Shown here: piece by piece, positions 35,924-48,734 of the stretch | Layout of the letters: each line of letters opens with the position of its first letter | Numbering within the stretch: position 1 is the stretch's first letter | NCBI GenBank assembly: GCA_037447605.1 | Contig: CM074815.1 | Location: forward strand, 1,922,001-1,986,000 | Length of the DNA: 64,000 nucleotides | Direction: 5' to 3' | DNA from: Zygnema circumcarinatum SAG 698-1b | Lineage: Eukaryota; Plantae; Zygnematophyceae | Program-made: the position numbers and the translations under genes | Notes under the pieces: model-generated | Told to the model about the DNA's origin: nothing | Databases searched by the model: none | What the model saw: the letters and a program-made list of their open reading frames with translations, nothing else

Positions 35924-38900
35924 TCACACTAATCGGCTTTGGGCCCTCTCAATGGGCCCTTCTGCCACATCAGCAACCTTTGCTCTCATCCTGAACCTCT
36001 CCAGCATGTTCCCACCCTTCTGCTTCTCTTTGAGAGGGGGAGGCTTGCTGCTACTTGCTGCAGCCGAAGAGCCTTCGTCGACTCTCCAGGCGAGAGCCTC
36101 ACTCATGGCGATCGCCTTCATCTCAGCCTCCTCCCTCTTCCTCTCCAACTCTCTCACCTTCGCCTCCAGTTCCTTCCTCTTCGCAACTTCCGTCTCCAGC
36201 GCAGTCATTGTGGCATTTATCTTAGTCTGCTCTTCCGCGAGCCCTTGATCTCCGGACGTTGTTTGTTCAGAAACTAGGTATATCTGCAAAAGGAATTTCA
36301 TTGTCACATGATTAGGAGAAGGAATAGCTTCGAAATACGTTGAAAACCTAACTGAACTATTTTTTAAGAGGATTGAAGTCCTTGTTTTAAAGCATTTATC
36401 CTCTTTCAAGCAACTCCCTTTCTTTTCACACATACTTGCTCAACAGTGTTCCTCTCGAAATCACTATTCTCGTCCATCGCATCACTTCCACTCCGTTTCG
36501 CGCAAATGTCTCCCTTCAGCCTCTTCAATTCCAGCTCCAACTCCTGCACCTTCTTCTGAAGCTCCAGTTCTCTTTTCCCGTGCTTCATCGTTTGCTCCCC
36601 TTCCTTTCCTTCTCCTTCTACTCTCTGCCCCTCGTCCTGGATTTGAAATCCTCTCATGTCCTCCAATTTCACCTCCGGCAAACCACTATAGATATCATCT
36701 GCACTTCCCTCCGAAACATTAATCCTGCCTTCCGCTACCGCACTCGTTTCCTCCTTCAACGATTCTCCCATCTTTTCAATCTCTGCTCCAATCGTCAAAA
36801 TCTTCCTCATTTCTTCCTCCAAAACTTGCTCTACATGAGATCGCCTCCCTCTCTCATTCATCGCGGCAGCTTCCGCAACTGCTAGTTTCTCATCCCACTG
36901 TAAGCATCTCTTTTCAGATATCTCTAACTGCTGCTGAAGTTCAATTTCTTTCTTCACAGCAGCTTCTCTCAAAGCCTCTGCCTCTGCAGCAGCTTTCTCC
37001 TTTCCTACGACCTCTTTCTGCAATTCTGCAATGTTTGCGTCCATGGATTTTATCCTCACCTCTCTTTCTCTCAACTTCTCCTCCAACTCGATAATCACTC
37101 TCTGCCATTCTGTGAGCCTTTTCTCTGTTTCTGCCTGCTTCAAGGCATCCTGAGCCCTCAAAGACAGCAATTCCTTGACCCTCTCTTCCGCATCATGTTT
37201 CCTCCCCTCTTCTGCCATGGCTGAGATCTCCGCCTTCGCCCGTCGCTTACTCTCCTCCATAGCTCTCCCTTCTGCCAAACCTTTCATTCTCTCGGCTTCC
37301 TTCCTCATCTTCTCCTCTTCCTTCCTAATTCTCATCTCCTCCTTTCCGAACGCTTCAGCTTTTCCCCTCTTCTCGCTTTCCTCCTTCACTTTCAATTCCA
37401 GTGCAGTTCTTTTCTTTTCTTCCTCCCCAAACTTCAACTGCAATTCTTTCCTCAGCTTCTCTTCTGCCTTTGCTTTGCTCTCCTCCTCCCTCCTCAGTTT
37501 CTGCTCCTCGACAAGCATAGCCTCCGCTTTCCCTCTCCTCTCCCTGTCCTCCGCAGCCCTCCTCTCAATTTCCCCATTCTTTCTCCTCTCCTCGATTAGC
37601 GCCAATTCTGATCTCTCCCTCTTTCCGTCTTCCACGAGCAACCTCATTTCTGCCTCTTCTCTCCTCTTTCTCTCCTCTATCAACTCCTCCTCTATCTCTC
37701 GTCTCATATCCTCTGCCTCTGTCGCCATATGCATTGCATCATTCATCTGATTTTCAAGAATCCGTCTGTGTCCTTCCTCCGCTCTTCGTCGTTTTTCTTC
37801 CTCTGCGAATCGCAGCTCACTCTCTGCTCTTTTCTTCTGCTCAGTTAAAAGCCTATTTTCAGTTTCTTGCCTCTTCTTGTTCTCCTCAGTCCATTTCGCT
37901 TGTGCTTCAGATAACGCATTTTCCAAAGATTCTACCTTAGCAGCTGCCTGTCGAGCTGCAATTTCGTCGTACGCTTTACTCACAGAAGTTTCCGCTCTCT
38001 TCACAGCAGCAACCTGAGAGATAGTTTCTTGGACCTTTGCAGCCATCTGCAGCCACCACTTTTCTAAAATAAACTCAACTCATGTCTACGTTGACTGAGA
38101 AGTGAAATTTTTACCTTGACTGCCATTCCAGAGATGAGTTTCAACAAACATTTTTTGTTTTCAATCATGGACAGAGTTTCAAAATCACTGTTAGAAATAA
38201 AGGTGATAATCAGAACAGAATTTCCTTGGTTAAAAAACTTAAAACTCGAATAACATGGCCGTGGGGTTAAAGCTGGTCACTCACAGAAGCACTTGTCTTG
38301 ACTGTGTGCCCGTGACGTTGAGAAATAATATGTGCGATGTCGTGACGTTTTGCCTTTTCTGCTAATTTAAGAGCAGTGCTGCCATCCTGGGAAACAACAG
38401 AAAGCCAGTTTACAAGTAATCTGCTTATCAAATGCATAATTTTTTGCTGCTTCTGTATCTGCTATACCTGCTATCGATATTAACTACATACGATCTCCTT
38501 CTCTCCTTCTCATACCCTCTTCTCCAACCCCCATTGCCTCCCATAATCCACCCACTCTGTTCCCTCCAGCCTTTTCAAGCTCTCGTCTTCCCTCTTTCTT
38601 CCACCCTACTTCCTCGTCGGACCCTTGCAATCGTTCATTTCCCCTCTTTCTCGTTGTCCATGAAATGTTTCCATCTTGCGTTCTCTCTCGCCTTCCTTTT
38701 GTTTCACAATCTCTTCTTTCCTCTGCCTCTTTCCTCCTCTCCCATACAGTCTTCGTTTCCCTCCGTTTCTAAGCCACTTTTCCCTTCCTCTCCCCAAATT
38801 CCTTTCACTTCCTGTTCCTTGTCCATCGGATGCACTCACTCCGTCGTTTCCCTGCACCTCACTACGTCACCTATCTCTCTCTCTCCTCTACCTCCGCTTT

Positions 38901-41009
38901 TGAGACATTATTGGCATCAATTGTGTATGCATAAAATTCATTGCAGCAAGAAAAGTTTGAATATTTTTCTCACCTTTGTCTTTGCAAACTTGTCCGCCCC
39001 TCTCTGGAGGAGCACCTTCACTATCTCCACCGACCCAAAAGCAGACGCGCAGTGAAGTGGAGTAAAAAATTTCTGACATTTTTGAGAATCCAAAAAGAAA
39101 AACATACATGTTTCAGTACATCTACATAGTAATTTGCCAATAAAGAAAGGCAGTTGGGCTTCAGAGGCAAACAGGAGATTTACCTGGTCACGCGCGTCAG
39201 GGTTTGCGCCAGATTCCAACAACATGATCAGTTCCACTATGCGACCCCGCATGGCTGCGAGATGGAGCGCAGTCTGCCCCTCCTGCAGCTCACATTGATT
39301 GAAACAAGTTAAGTAGCTTGCTCTCTGTAGCCATGCGAAAGCTATCTTTTGAAAAAGGCATTGGAGAGGGAAAATTTTGCTCCCTGAGAAGCAGAGATGT
39401 GGTCCATGTGTTGCTGTCCGTGAAGAGGAGGGCGAGAGGGAGGGGAGGATGGGGGGAGGGAGATGGGGGGGGGGGGAAGAGGAGGAGTTGGGGAGGAAAG
39501 AGAAGCGAAAATTGACCTGATCTTCTGCATCCAGGTCAATGCCTCGCTCAATCAAAGCCTTCACAACACCGGTACCTCCTCCCCACACGGCATAGTGAAG
39601 GGCTGTCCATCGTCCCTGAAAAGGGCCGCACCGTCTTCAGAACCGAAAATCCCAAAACAAATCCTAAAAGCAGAAATATCCGCTTCATGCAGTCTCTTGA
39701 AATGCTCACAAGGTAATCTTTTTCGTGCTGAACTACTGCATTCTACACCTAACACAAAACTTGATATTTCAATTACAATTGATTGGCCAGTTTTAGATCA
39801 GAGTTCTGGATCATAGGGTTACTTGTCGAATCTGTTTGCGAGACGGTATAAACGCGGTAGTATGAAATGGAAGAATGTACATAAACATGTCATAAGGTCA
39901 ACGTAAAACACCCCCCTTAAATGATGGAGTTATGTACCGTACAGCCCTTACGGCTTGCAAAATATGAACTGAAACGTGCATACCGACTTATCGCGAGCTT
40001 CTGCTTTGGCTCCCTTGGTAAGTAAGATATCGATCATTTTGTCATTTCCAAGAATGGCCGCTGCTTGGAGTGGTGTGTGCCCCTCCTGATTCCCCAACGT
40101 TGCAAACGGAAATGACTCAGTACCTGCCTTGAAGCGTTTTTTTTCCTTTCTTGAAATCTCAAGACAGATAGCTTGCCACATATGGCACATGTATTTTAAG
40201 TGCCCAGCATATATCCTCACGGCACGTATTACAAAGCGATGGAGGTGCCTGGCTTAATTTTTGAAAATGGACAGTCTCATTGGTCCTGACAAGCATAGCA
40301 ATGTGGCCAATGTCTTTGGCACCTTAACCAGCACGAAAATAGAATGTTAGAAAACACCACCCGGAAACAGACACAGCGCTTCGATATATAGCCTCATCCG
40401 TGCCGTATTTACGTCACAAAGCCATTTCAGCGCAATGCCTCAATTTGCTGCAAAGTCTATTGCTTAATTTTTTGGAATAGACTATGTAAGTACTGCTTAC
40501 AGCGTCCAACGCTTCAGTATCTGCGCCCTTGTCAAGCAGTCGCAGTAAATCTGACACTTGTCCGTCTCGTATGCTCTGGTGAACGGCTTCTGTCAGCGCC
40601 GCCTGAAAAGGAGGACACGAACATAAAAAATTAAGCTTCAACAATAAATATTCAGATAAATGCATGCAAGTGAGGTTTCAATATCATGTCGGTCCTGCCT
40701 GTAGCGGTTTGCCTTCTGCACTTTATCAAACACCTTGTGGCAAATCTGTCGAATTGAGACAGCTTCAGAAATTATTATTTCTTCAATTCACGCACACCAA
40801 TAATTCTACTCGATCTGTCTCCAAATCTCCAATATTATATCGGATAACCGATCCACGTATTTAAGACTTGGAGACGGAGTGAAAGAGCAGAGTGAAACGA
40901 GTGTATAATTATAAAAATAAGAAAAAAAATGATGAATTTTTCATTTCCTGCTATGTTCTCTCCTACTGCACATTATAATTCTCAATAAAAATAAGCTTAC
41001 CATAGTCAT
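35924..41009 (-). CDS. Ankyrin-repeat protein with a long E/K/R-rich coiled-coil C-terminus
   Basis: Ankyrin exons AALTEAVHQSIRDGQ..GADTEALDA (40501-40602), EGHTPLQAAA, GRWTALHYAV, EGQTALHLAA, KFFTPLHCAS and DGSTALKLAE, followed by the 546-aa charged helical ORF (36406-38046) and a final exon ending at 35924. The start (MTM at 41009) and the ankyrin-to-coiled-coil junction are inferred. Confidence 0.75.
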
Positions 41010-41578
41010 ACAAACAGCCCCTTGAAGAACCTCCTCCGCTTTTCCTCCCACTACCCTTTTACTTCTCTCAATGTTCCCTGAGATTCCTCTCCTCCTCTTC
41101 CTCCTCCTCGCCTTCCACCTCCTCCTCCTCCTCCCTCTCCTCCTCCTCCTCCTACCCCTATTTCTTCCACTACTAATCCTTCTCCTCCTCCTCCCCGCTC
41201 TTCTTCCCCGCCCTCCGCAGCCCCTGCAGCCATGGCGGTCCTTGGCAGGCGCAGGGCCGACGGCGTCCAAGGGTCGCGCCGTTCCGCCGCAATGATCCGA
41301 CGTGGCGAAGCAGGCGCCCCGTGGCAAGCATTTGCCACGTAGGAACAAAATCCCATTCTTGCCACGTGGCAACCATTGTTTCGTCCAATGACCCTGCATT
41401 CTAAAATAAAGTTGCCGCTTAGGTCTGATTGGGCCACGTGGGTCCGTGCGTTGATCCAAGCAGCCACAGCGCATGCCCAAAGGACGACCCGCATACCGTA
41501 TGGTATGGCTTTTTGCAATGGGCCATTACTCTGTTTTGTTTGCTCAATATATTTCACCAAAGATGCACCTACTTACTC

Positions 41579-41880
41579 TTCATGACCCATATTGGAACCA
41601 TTCATGAAAAATATTTTCATGACCCATGTTGGAACCATTTATGACAACTATTTTCATGACCCATGTTGGAACCATTCATGACAACTATTTTCATGACCCA
41701 CGTTGGAACCATTCACGACAACTCTTTTCATGACCCATGTTGGAACCATTCATGACACCTCTTTTCATGACCCATGTTTGGAATCACGACTGACGCCCAC
41801 CCTCTTCATGCCCAATGTTGGAGTCACTTCTGACAACGTCTAACATTGTACCTCCTCTTCATGCCCCATGTTTGGACCCA
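41579..41880. repeat. 37-bp minisatellite with 6 good copies and 2 degenerate ones
   Basis: catgaccca at 41581, 41618, 41655, 41692, 41729 and 41766. Confidence 0.93.
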
Positions 41881-42982
41881 CAACCGCCAACACGGCAGTC
41901 AACGCCCTTCCCTTAAAGCATATCTGACCGCTGCCCTCCCTCCCTCCCTCCGATCTAGGCACACTCGTGCCACGTGTCGCCCGATCTCACACCTGCCGAG
42001 TTGTGCCGCCCAGCCAACAAAATATTCCCTCCTAGAAAATATTCGTACCCGGCCCCCTCCCCCTTTGCCCCATTATTGTGTCCGTACACGACCGTACACG
42101 TCAGACGGACAGTCGCCGCGTTGCCTGCGACTGACTGCAAGAAAGTCACCGTCCGCTGTCGGAAGCTGCCCCCGCGGCAAGGAACGCGTACATCGCGCGG
42201 GATCACGCTGAAACAATGGTACGCTAGAACGGTAACAATAAATACGAATTCCGATTTGAGAGCTGCGGCTCTGCAGCGAGCATCATTGGAAGGGGGCCCC
42301 TCTGCAGGGGAGCCGCCAGGTGGCGCCCTCGCACGTGCGGGCTCCCCTGCAGCAGGAGGGAGAGAGGGAAAGGGAGCCATGGCGGCAGAGTAGTTGCTAG
42401 CTCCGCCCTGCTCACCGGGAAGCTTCTCTTGCATTGACTGCACACGTGTGATATCCATCGTTGCATGACGCTGCTGAAGGGAGGGCGGCAAAAGGGCAGG
42501 AGGGAGAGGGTAGAGTCAGATGTTTGGCTGCAAAATTTGGTAGAGGGTGCAGTTGGAGGTAAGAGGTTGAGGCTGTTACAGGGAACTTTGATTTCCGGCT
42601 CACATTTTTTCGCAGAGTCAAACTCAAATTCAGCTTAAATTGGATAGCCATCATCGGATTCAGATTCGGCCTTTGGCTGTAGGTGTGCGCTATTGGATAT
42701 TTGAAGGCCTTCAGCTTCAGACATGGTATTTTCTCGTCAACGAAGGAGTGAGTGTCATCAGGGTCTCATTCAAGCGTCGGAGCGACTTCTTTCAGTTCAT
42801 AGTTGGCAGCAACTATACATTTCCCCCGTTTTCCTCTACGACAGCGAAACTGTATCTAGAGGCTCGCGGTAGAAGGATTTACATGTCCAAGTAGTAGCCC
42901 ACTCAGTCAAAGTATGTACTTTACCTGCTAAAGTGGATACTCCAAACTGGAAGAAAATCGCCTGGTTAGGGAAGCCACCAGC

Positions 42983-45900
42983 ATGCGGATATTAAAATCA
43001 TGTTATCCCGAATCCAGCAGCCCTCCGAAGCCAAAAATCGAAGGGGTGATATTCTTCCGGCATCTGTTGTTGTGGTTAGCTCTCCCAACCTTGGCCATCA
43101 CCGTTGTCATTGTAACTGGAGAGTCGGAGAGACAGCCAACGTGGGATACAGGGTATCTTGATAAGTACGACAACGAGCTCTTTGAGAAGGGTCTATCGGC
43201 TGTGCCACAGCCTGGTGCAACTCCTAAGATTGCTTTTATGTTTTTGATCCGTGGACCAGTGCCTCTTGAAGCCCTCTGGGAGCGATTCTTTCAGGTAATG
43301 CTCCTTCATCCCTCAAATATGCCTACTTGAGTAGCAGGACCTAGTGCTCCTGTCGTTTTTGTGAGGTGTTTGAGTTCTTCAGAACCGCTCCTGTTCCTTT
43401 GTCTTCATGTTATAGAGCGCCTTCTTCGTCACTGTGCTTTTTGTTTTTAGAAAGAAACGCGCTGGCTGGATCGCGAGTTCCTTCTTGTACTCATTTTGAC
43501 TTTATTGATGGCCCAATATCCTTGACAGCAACCTTAGGGTTTCACCTTGGATACACCTAAAAACTTTGTAACCTATAATTCGAGAAAGTTACTCTTTTCA
43601 GTGACAAAGCGAGACAGTCTTCATTCAGCTAGAATCTAAAAGATGTGTTTCTGAAGAGGCGGGTCTTTGCGCAATAGTAGTCATTGTTCTTAGTTGCTGG
43701 TCGAGAAGTTCACAGATAACCAAGGGAGAAGGAACTTTTTTGAAGGACACTGGTCACGTGATGAAGCTCAATCTTATCAAGGTTCATGCATTAGTTTCTG
43801 AGTCACCCGCCTTCAGCCTGGTGTGCATTAGGTCTCCCAAAGTCTTGGAAGTTATACGTGTTCCATGCTCGAATCCGTCGTTTGACGTTGTAGGTGGATT
43901 TATCATTGTGCATTGCAGGGATACGAGGACAGATACACTGTCTACTTGCATGCATCAACTCCCGGTTTCAACTGCAATACTGTTGTTAATACCACTATCT
44001 TCAAGGGCAGGCAGATCCCTAGTATTCCGGTACGCATGAACTTTCCTGTCTCTGAAACGGTGTGTTGGCTGTATATACACATCAGTCAACTTTGACCATT
44101 TCGCAGCTGCAACGTCTCAGTCCCTGTATGTTCTCCTGAATGTCGCCGAGCGACATCCTACGTACGCCATGCATCAGCATTTCAGCAGATACACGTTCTG
44201 CCTTTTTCATTGTATTGTCTGAGAGCCATACTCTCTCCATCACAACATTTCTGCACCTCATTCAGCATTCTGAGTTTAGAGAATGCTGAAGCAGGTTTCT
44301 GAAAGGTGCATTTTTGCCTATTGGCAGATAATGTGGGGAGGACCGAACATGGTGAGAGCAGAACGGAGGCTGATTGCAGCCGCACTTGCAGACCCTGCAA
44401 ATCAGCGGTTTGTGCTCGTATCAGAAGCGTAAGTTTCCTTATTTTCTTCACTTTGCTGAATTTCCTTGGGCAATTATTGCATTCTACTTCTTAATCCCCC
44501 AGTCAAGTTCGGTTGTTTCGACTAGGGAATGCCTGAATGTGATCGAACAATGTCGACAGACGAGAATGCAAGAAAAGTTTTGCACGATGTTTTATCCTCT
44601 AAAAGCAGGAAATACAGGGAATGGGTCAAGAAGCTGTTAGGTCCAGTGGGAGGGAGGTGGAAGGTTAGGAACGAGGAGGATGCATAGGAGCCAATATATG
44701 ATCGGGTCTACTTTCACCAATTTATGAGAAGTAGAGACTAGTATGTAACGAGGCTTACACTCTTTTCCGTCTACTTATCCCTGCCCTCTCATCAAAATAA
44801 CAAGATTATGAGATACATGTGTTGGAGTTGAGGTGGTCGAGGCTCCGCCTGCAATCACGCAGTTAGTGTTGTAGCTGTTTGCCCTTTTGTAACCAGTAAA
44901 AGGACGGTGGCCAAAGTTCCGTATTCTGTTTCCTGCGAATGAAGCTAATTTTTGAATCGTTGTATTGGGGCAATGTAATATCTCAGATATTCGCATGAAA
45001 TGTTGTACATGGAGTGCGATTAGTTAGTTCTTGAAAAGGGTGCAATATCAGAAAGACATTCGGATTTGAAGTTGCTCATCTTTCCACTCAATAGTTTATA
45101 ATCAACGTGCTTGGATGAAGTTCATAGGGCGATTTAAGCTGGAATCGACAGTCTGTTACATGTTCCTGTACTGATTACCTGCTGTGTTTATGGTCCTCTT
45201 GCAGATGCCTTCCCATCTTTAACTTCTCACATGTGTATGACTACCTTTTCGCAGCGAACCACAGTTATGTTACAAGGTGGGTGAGCTTTAAAGTGCATAG
45301 ATAATTCACGCTGTACACAATCATCCGGGAAATATACTGGAAGGAGGCATAATCTGTACACCGTTTCGCTCAATAGTTTATCGTCAATGTGCTTGCATTC
45401 AGTACGATGTTGTGAACAGCCTTTGGTAATGACTTGTATGCTGCTGTTCTTGGCTTTGGGCAGCCACGTGAGTGCATGGAGGTACAAGGGCAACATGTAT
45501 CCCTTGATAAGACGCCATCAGTTTAGAAAAGGCTCACAGGTAAGGAAGCTAGGGCGCTAAGCGAAGGAAAAGCATGTTTGCCTTTTTTTAAACTATGGCG
45601 AACCATAGGATGTTGTTGCAGTTTCTGGACTGTTTCCTCGTTTGAAGTTCACCATTACAGTTTGTAGCCTTTGCATAGAGGCGGCTCTTGTTTTGGAGGC
45701 AAGGTAAGTCACGCTCAATTCTTTATTTTAGTCATGGCACTGCAAAAAGAACCCTGGACAAAGGTTATATGCAATCTGTTGGTCAGTGTCTGGGGGAAAC
45801 TTCAGTGGGTAGTTGTGTAATGTTTTTAGAGTTTTACATACTCAAGCTCCCGTCCTTTCCTTTCAAGAGCAAACGTTTTTCTGACTAATTTGAGAATGTG

Positions 45901-46964
45901 GATTCTACTGGATTGTGATTGCAGTGGCTAGCATTGATCAGAGAACATGCGTACTTGGTGGTTAACGACACGGTTTTATATGAGAAATTTCTGAGCACAC
46001 GGGCAGAGGTATGCTCATCCACTGATCATTTTTTGCAATATACTTGCATCAAAGCATGTTCCGAATCCCGGTACAAAAGGCTTTACCTAGCTAGTGTTGC
46101 TGCCTATAAACTGTGTATGAGAACGTGGAAGGCTGGTTGGCGGGGTGATTTTGCAGATCCCGGACGAGAGTTATATACAGACTATGCTACCGGTATGTGT
46201 AAATTTCTTTCACATTTGATGCTATTTTAAAACGGCATTGCGACCAACAGGGTTTTCATCTTTCAATTTTAAAGTACAGTGATAATGGTCTGGTGCTTCT
46301 AGTAGGGCAATCTTGATCTGGTTATTTCATGTCCCCTTTCAGATGTTGGATCCTGAAAGGGTAATCCCTCGGGGAGTGGAGTACGTCCATTGGCGATATT
46401 CGTCCTCACGGCATCCAATGACGTACCATGGGAAGGATATCAGTCCTGAGTTTTTGCGAGCCATACAAGTAAGCTTTTTGTTCCTCCGATGGAAGTATGA
46501 GTAGATTGGATAGACGGAGTGTTGCTTTGCTAGGGATTATAATGAACTTCATTTGCTCTCTCATGTTTCAAAAAATTGTACGGCTAAGGTCATCCTGTGT
46601 TTCACGTGTTTATGTTCAGTGTCAGATGATTCCATTTGCTATTAAAGTAATCAAAATGGAGGCCTGTACCTTGGTTTCCTCTTCGTTTCCTTCCTTATCG
46701 TAGGAAGGAACAGAAGATGCACTGAAGCTATTCAATGATGTTGTTTTCTTTCCAGTCCTTTCACTCCTTTCTTTCGCCCTTGTTTCATGTGTGAAACAGA
46801 TGAGCCGGACCCCTCCTGTGGAAACCATTGGCTTCTTGAAGATGTCTCATGATGAGCCTTGCACTCTGAATGGCGCTCCGTCATCCTGCTTCCTCTTTGC
46901 GAGAAAGTTCGCCCCTAGCGCGGTGGAAGTGATGAAACAAATGCAGGATGTTATCGGGTATTAG
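42983..46964 (+). CDS. Core-2/I-branching beta-1,6-GlcNAc-transferase-like (GT14-like / DUF266, BC10 family) type II membrane protein
   Basis: N-terminal TM segment; KIAFMFLIRGPVPLEALWERFF; YTVYLHA..FKGRQIPS; WGGPNMVRAERRLIAAALADPANQRFVLVSE; CLPIFNFSHVYDYL; WLALIREHAYLVVND; PDESYIQT; YVHW..HPMTY; CFLFARKFAP. Confidence 0.92.
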
Positions 46965-48734
46965 CTGCATCCCTGGGGACCAACTTGTATTAATAACACT
47001 GGACCCATTTTCGGATGAAGCCTGTAAGGCAGAACCTCTTACAGGATCCGCCATCCCGCGTAGGCACCTTCAACGCTCCTTCGTCAACTGCAAGTGAGGC
47101 TGTGGGCCAAGACTAGTTTGGGGAGGCATGGAATACCACGCTTTGACGGAACGGAGAGCAGTGAGCACGACTGTTGTGACGACGATGTCACGTTGTGGGA
47201 ATCACAGTTTCTTGCGCCATTCCGATAGGGCTGGCGTGACCATTCTTTCATTCCAGCTTTAATTCTTGGGGAGACCCCTTTCCCACTCCCTCTCCCTCTC
47301 CCTCCCCCTCTCCCTTTCCCACTCCCTCTCCCTCTCCCTCTCCTGCGTGCCAGGAATAGGATACCTCTGCTTTCTCGGGGGGCATTAGGCCTTGAGGCCA
47401 GGAGACAGAGTGCGGGTTATATTCGCATCTCCCTTGTGACTGGCTGATGTGTAAAGAGAGGCAGGAGCGCCGCCTCTGCTGCCTGACAAAGACATGGGGG
47501 CTGCATACGGTCGAACGACGCGTTTAGCCCAAAAGTAGGTGGCACTCTACGTGCTATGTAAAGGGTTCGAAGGTTAAAATTTTGAATGATGTGCGGGGTT
47601 GACTTTATCAAGGTACGTGGAGAGGGGGAGTGTAGGCATGTCAGATGCAAAGGAAATGAAACCCTTCCTTTGGTTTCCCAATGGGTTACAGAGCTCTGAG
47701 CTCCAAAACGGAGCCTCGGCAGATGGGTCAGGGATGCTCCAATGCCCCATGCTGACGGCAGATATCGATTAGCGAGAGAGACTAGTCATTCTTTCATATT
47801 GTCTAGGAACTTAACCATAGAATCGTGAATTCGGTTTTCTCTATATAGATGAGACGGTTCTGTGTTCTCTCGCGTGTCGTGCCTCTTCTCTTAACTTGTC
47901 ATCTTTTTGTACGGTCGTGCGCAAACAATTAGTAATCAGGAAACTCCGTCGGCTATGTGGAAACCGTTTGGTAATGAACATCCTCTGATGGGCTTCATAG
48001 CGTTTGTTGGTTGAATCTTCAAATACTGGAATTCGTAGAAGTTAAAAAGATTATCCGCAAGATTTTGGCTTTAGCTTATTACAAGACCCTGACCAGGCCC
48101 GAGAGCATAAAGCGACGTATACTACAACGAAGACATCTATTCTCGTGGACAAATAACCCTAAAAACCCTAAAATCTGACTCCATCTAGGAATAGCGTCAA
48201 CAGTATTGCCCACACTATTTACGCCATACATCAGTTATTGTTGGTCTATTTAGAGTGGTGGTCCACACTATTAACCTGAGGGGAAGATAGTTTACGATGA
48301 AAGAACAACAGAAGGAAAAGCAACAGTACAAAACGGAATGGAACGGGACAGAACCTTTCTTCTTCTTTGTCGAATAACGATTCGCTACCTTGGAAATAAT
48401 TTTGAACCTGTTGTCTGCTGTGGACGGCATCGGTTTCAGCTTAATTTTGAACTACACCGCTTGAGGACGGCGAGTGAAGTTATGCTCAGAAATAGAATTT
48501 ACTCTAATGCTGCCAAGCCCTCTTTGCTTGAGCTTTCGCAAACCACCCATCACGTGGATCGGAAGAAAATCAACATCTTCCTCTCCTAAAACGAATCCCA
48601 AAAAACCTTACAACATAAGAAATGATAATTCACCTTCAAGTTAGGGCGAAAGGTTGAACATGTGCCGACCACCAAGGGAAGAATCCAGTAACCACTTCCC
48701 TCGATACCATGATGAATAATTTGAACACTCAGCT

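Noticed and set aside
41846-42491. GC-rich ORFs of 121-178 aa on both strands
   Set aside because: Consistent with a GC-rich promoter or 5' UTR of the GT14-like gene; no motifs.
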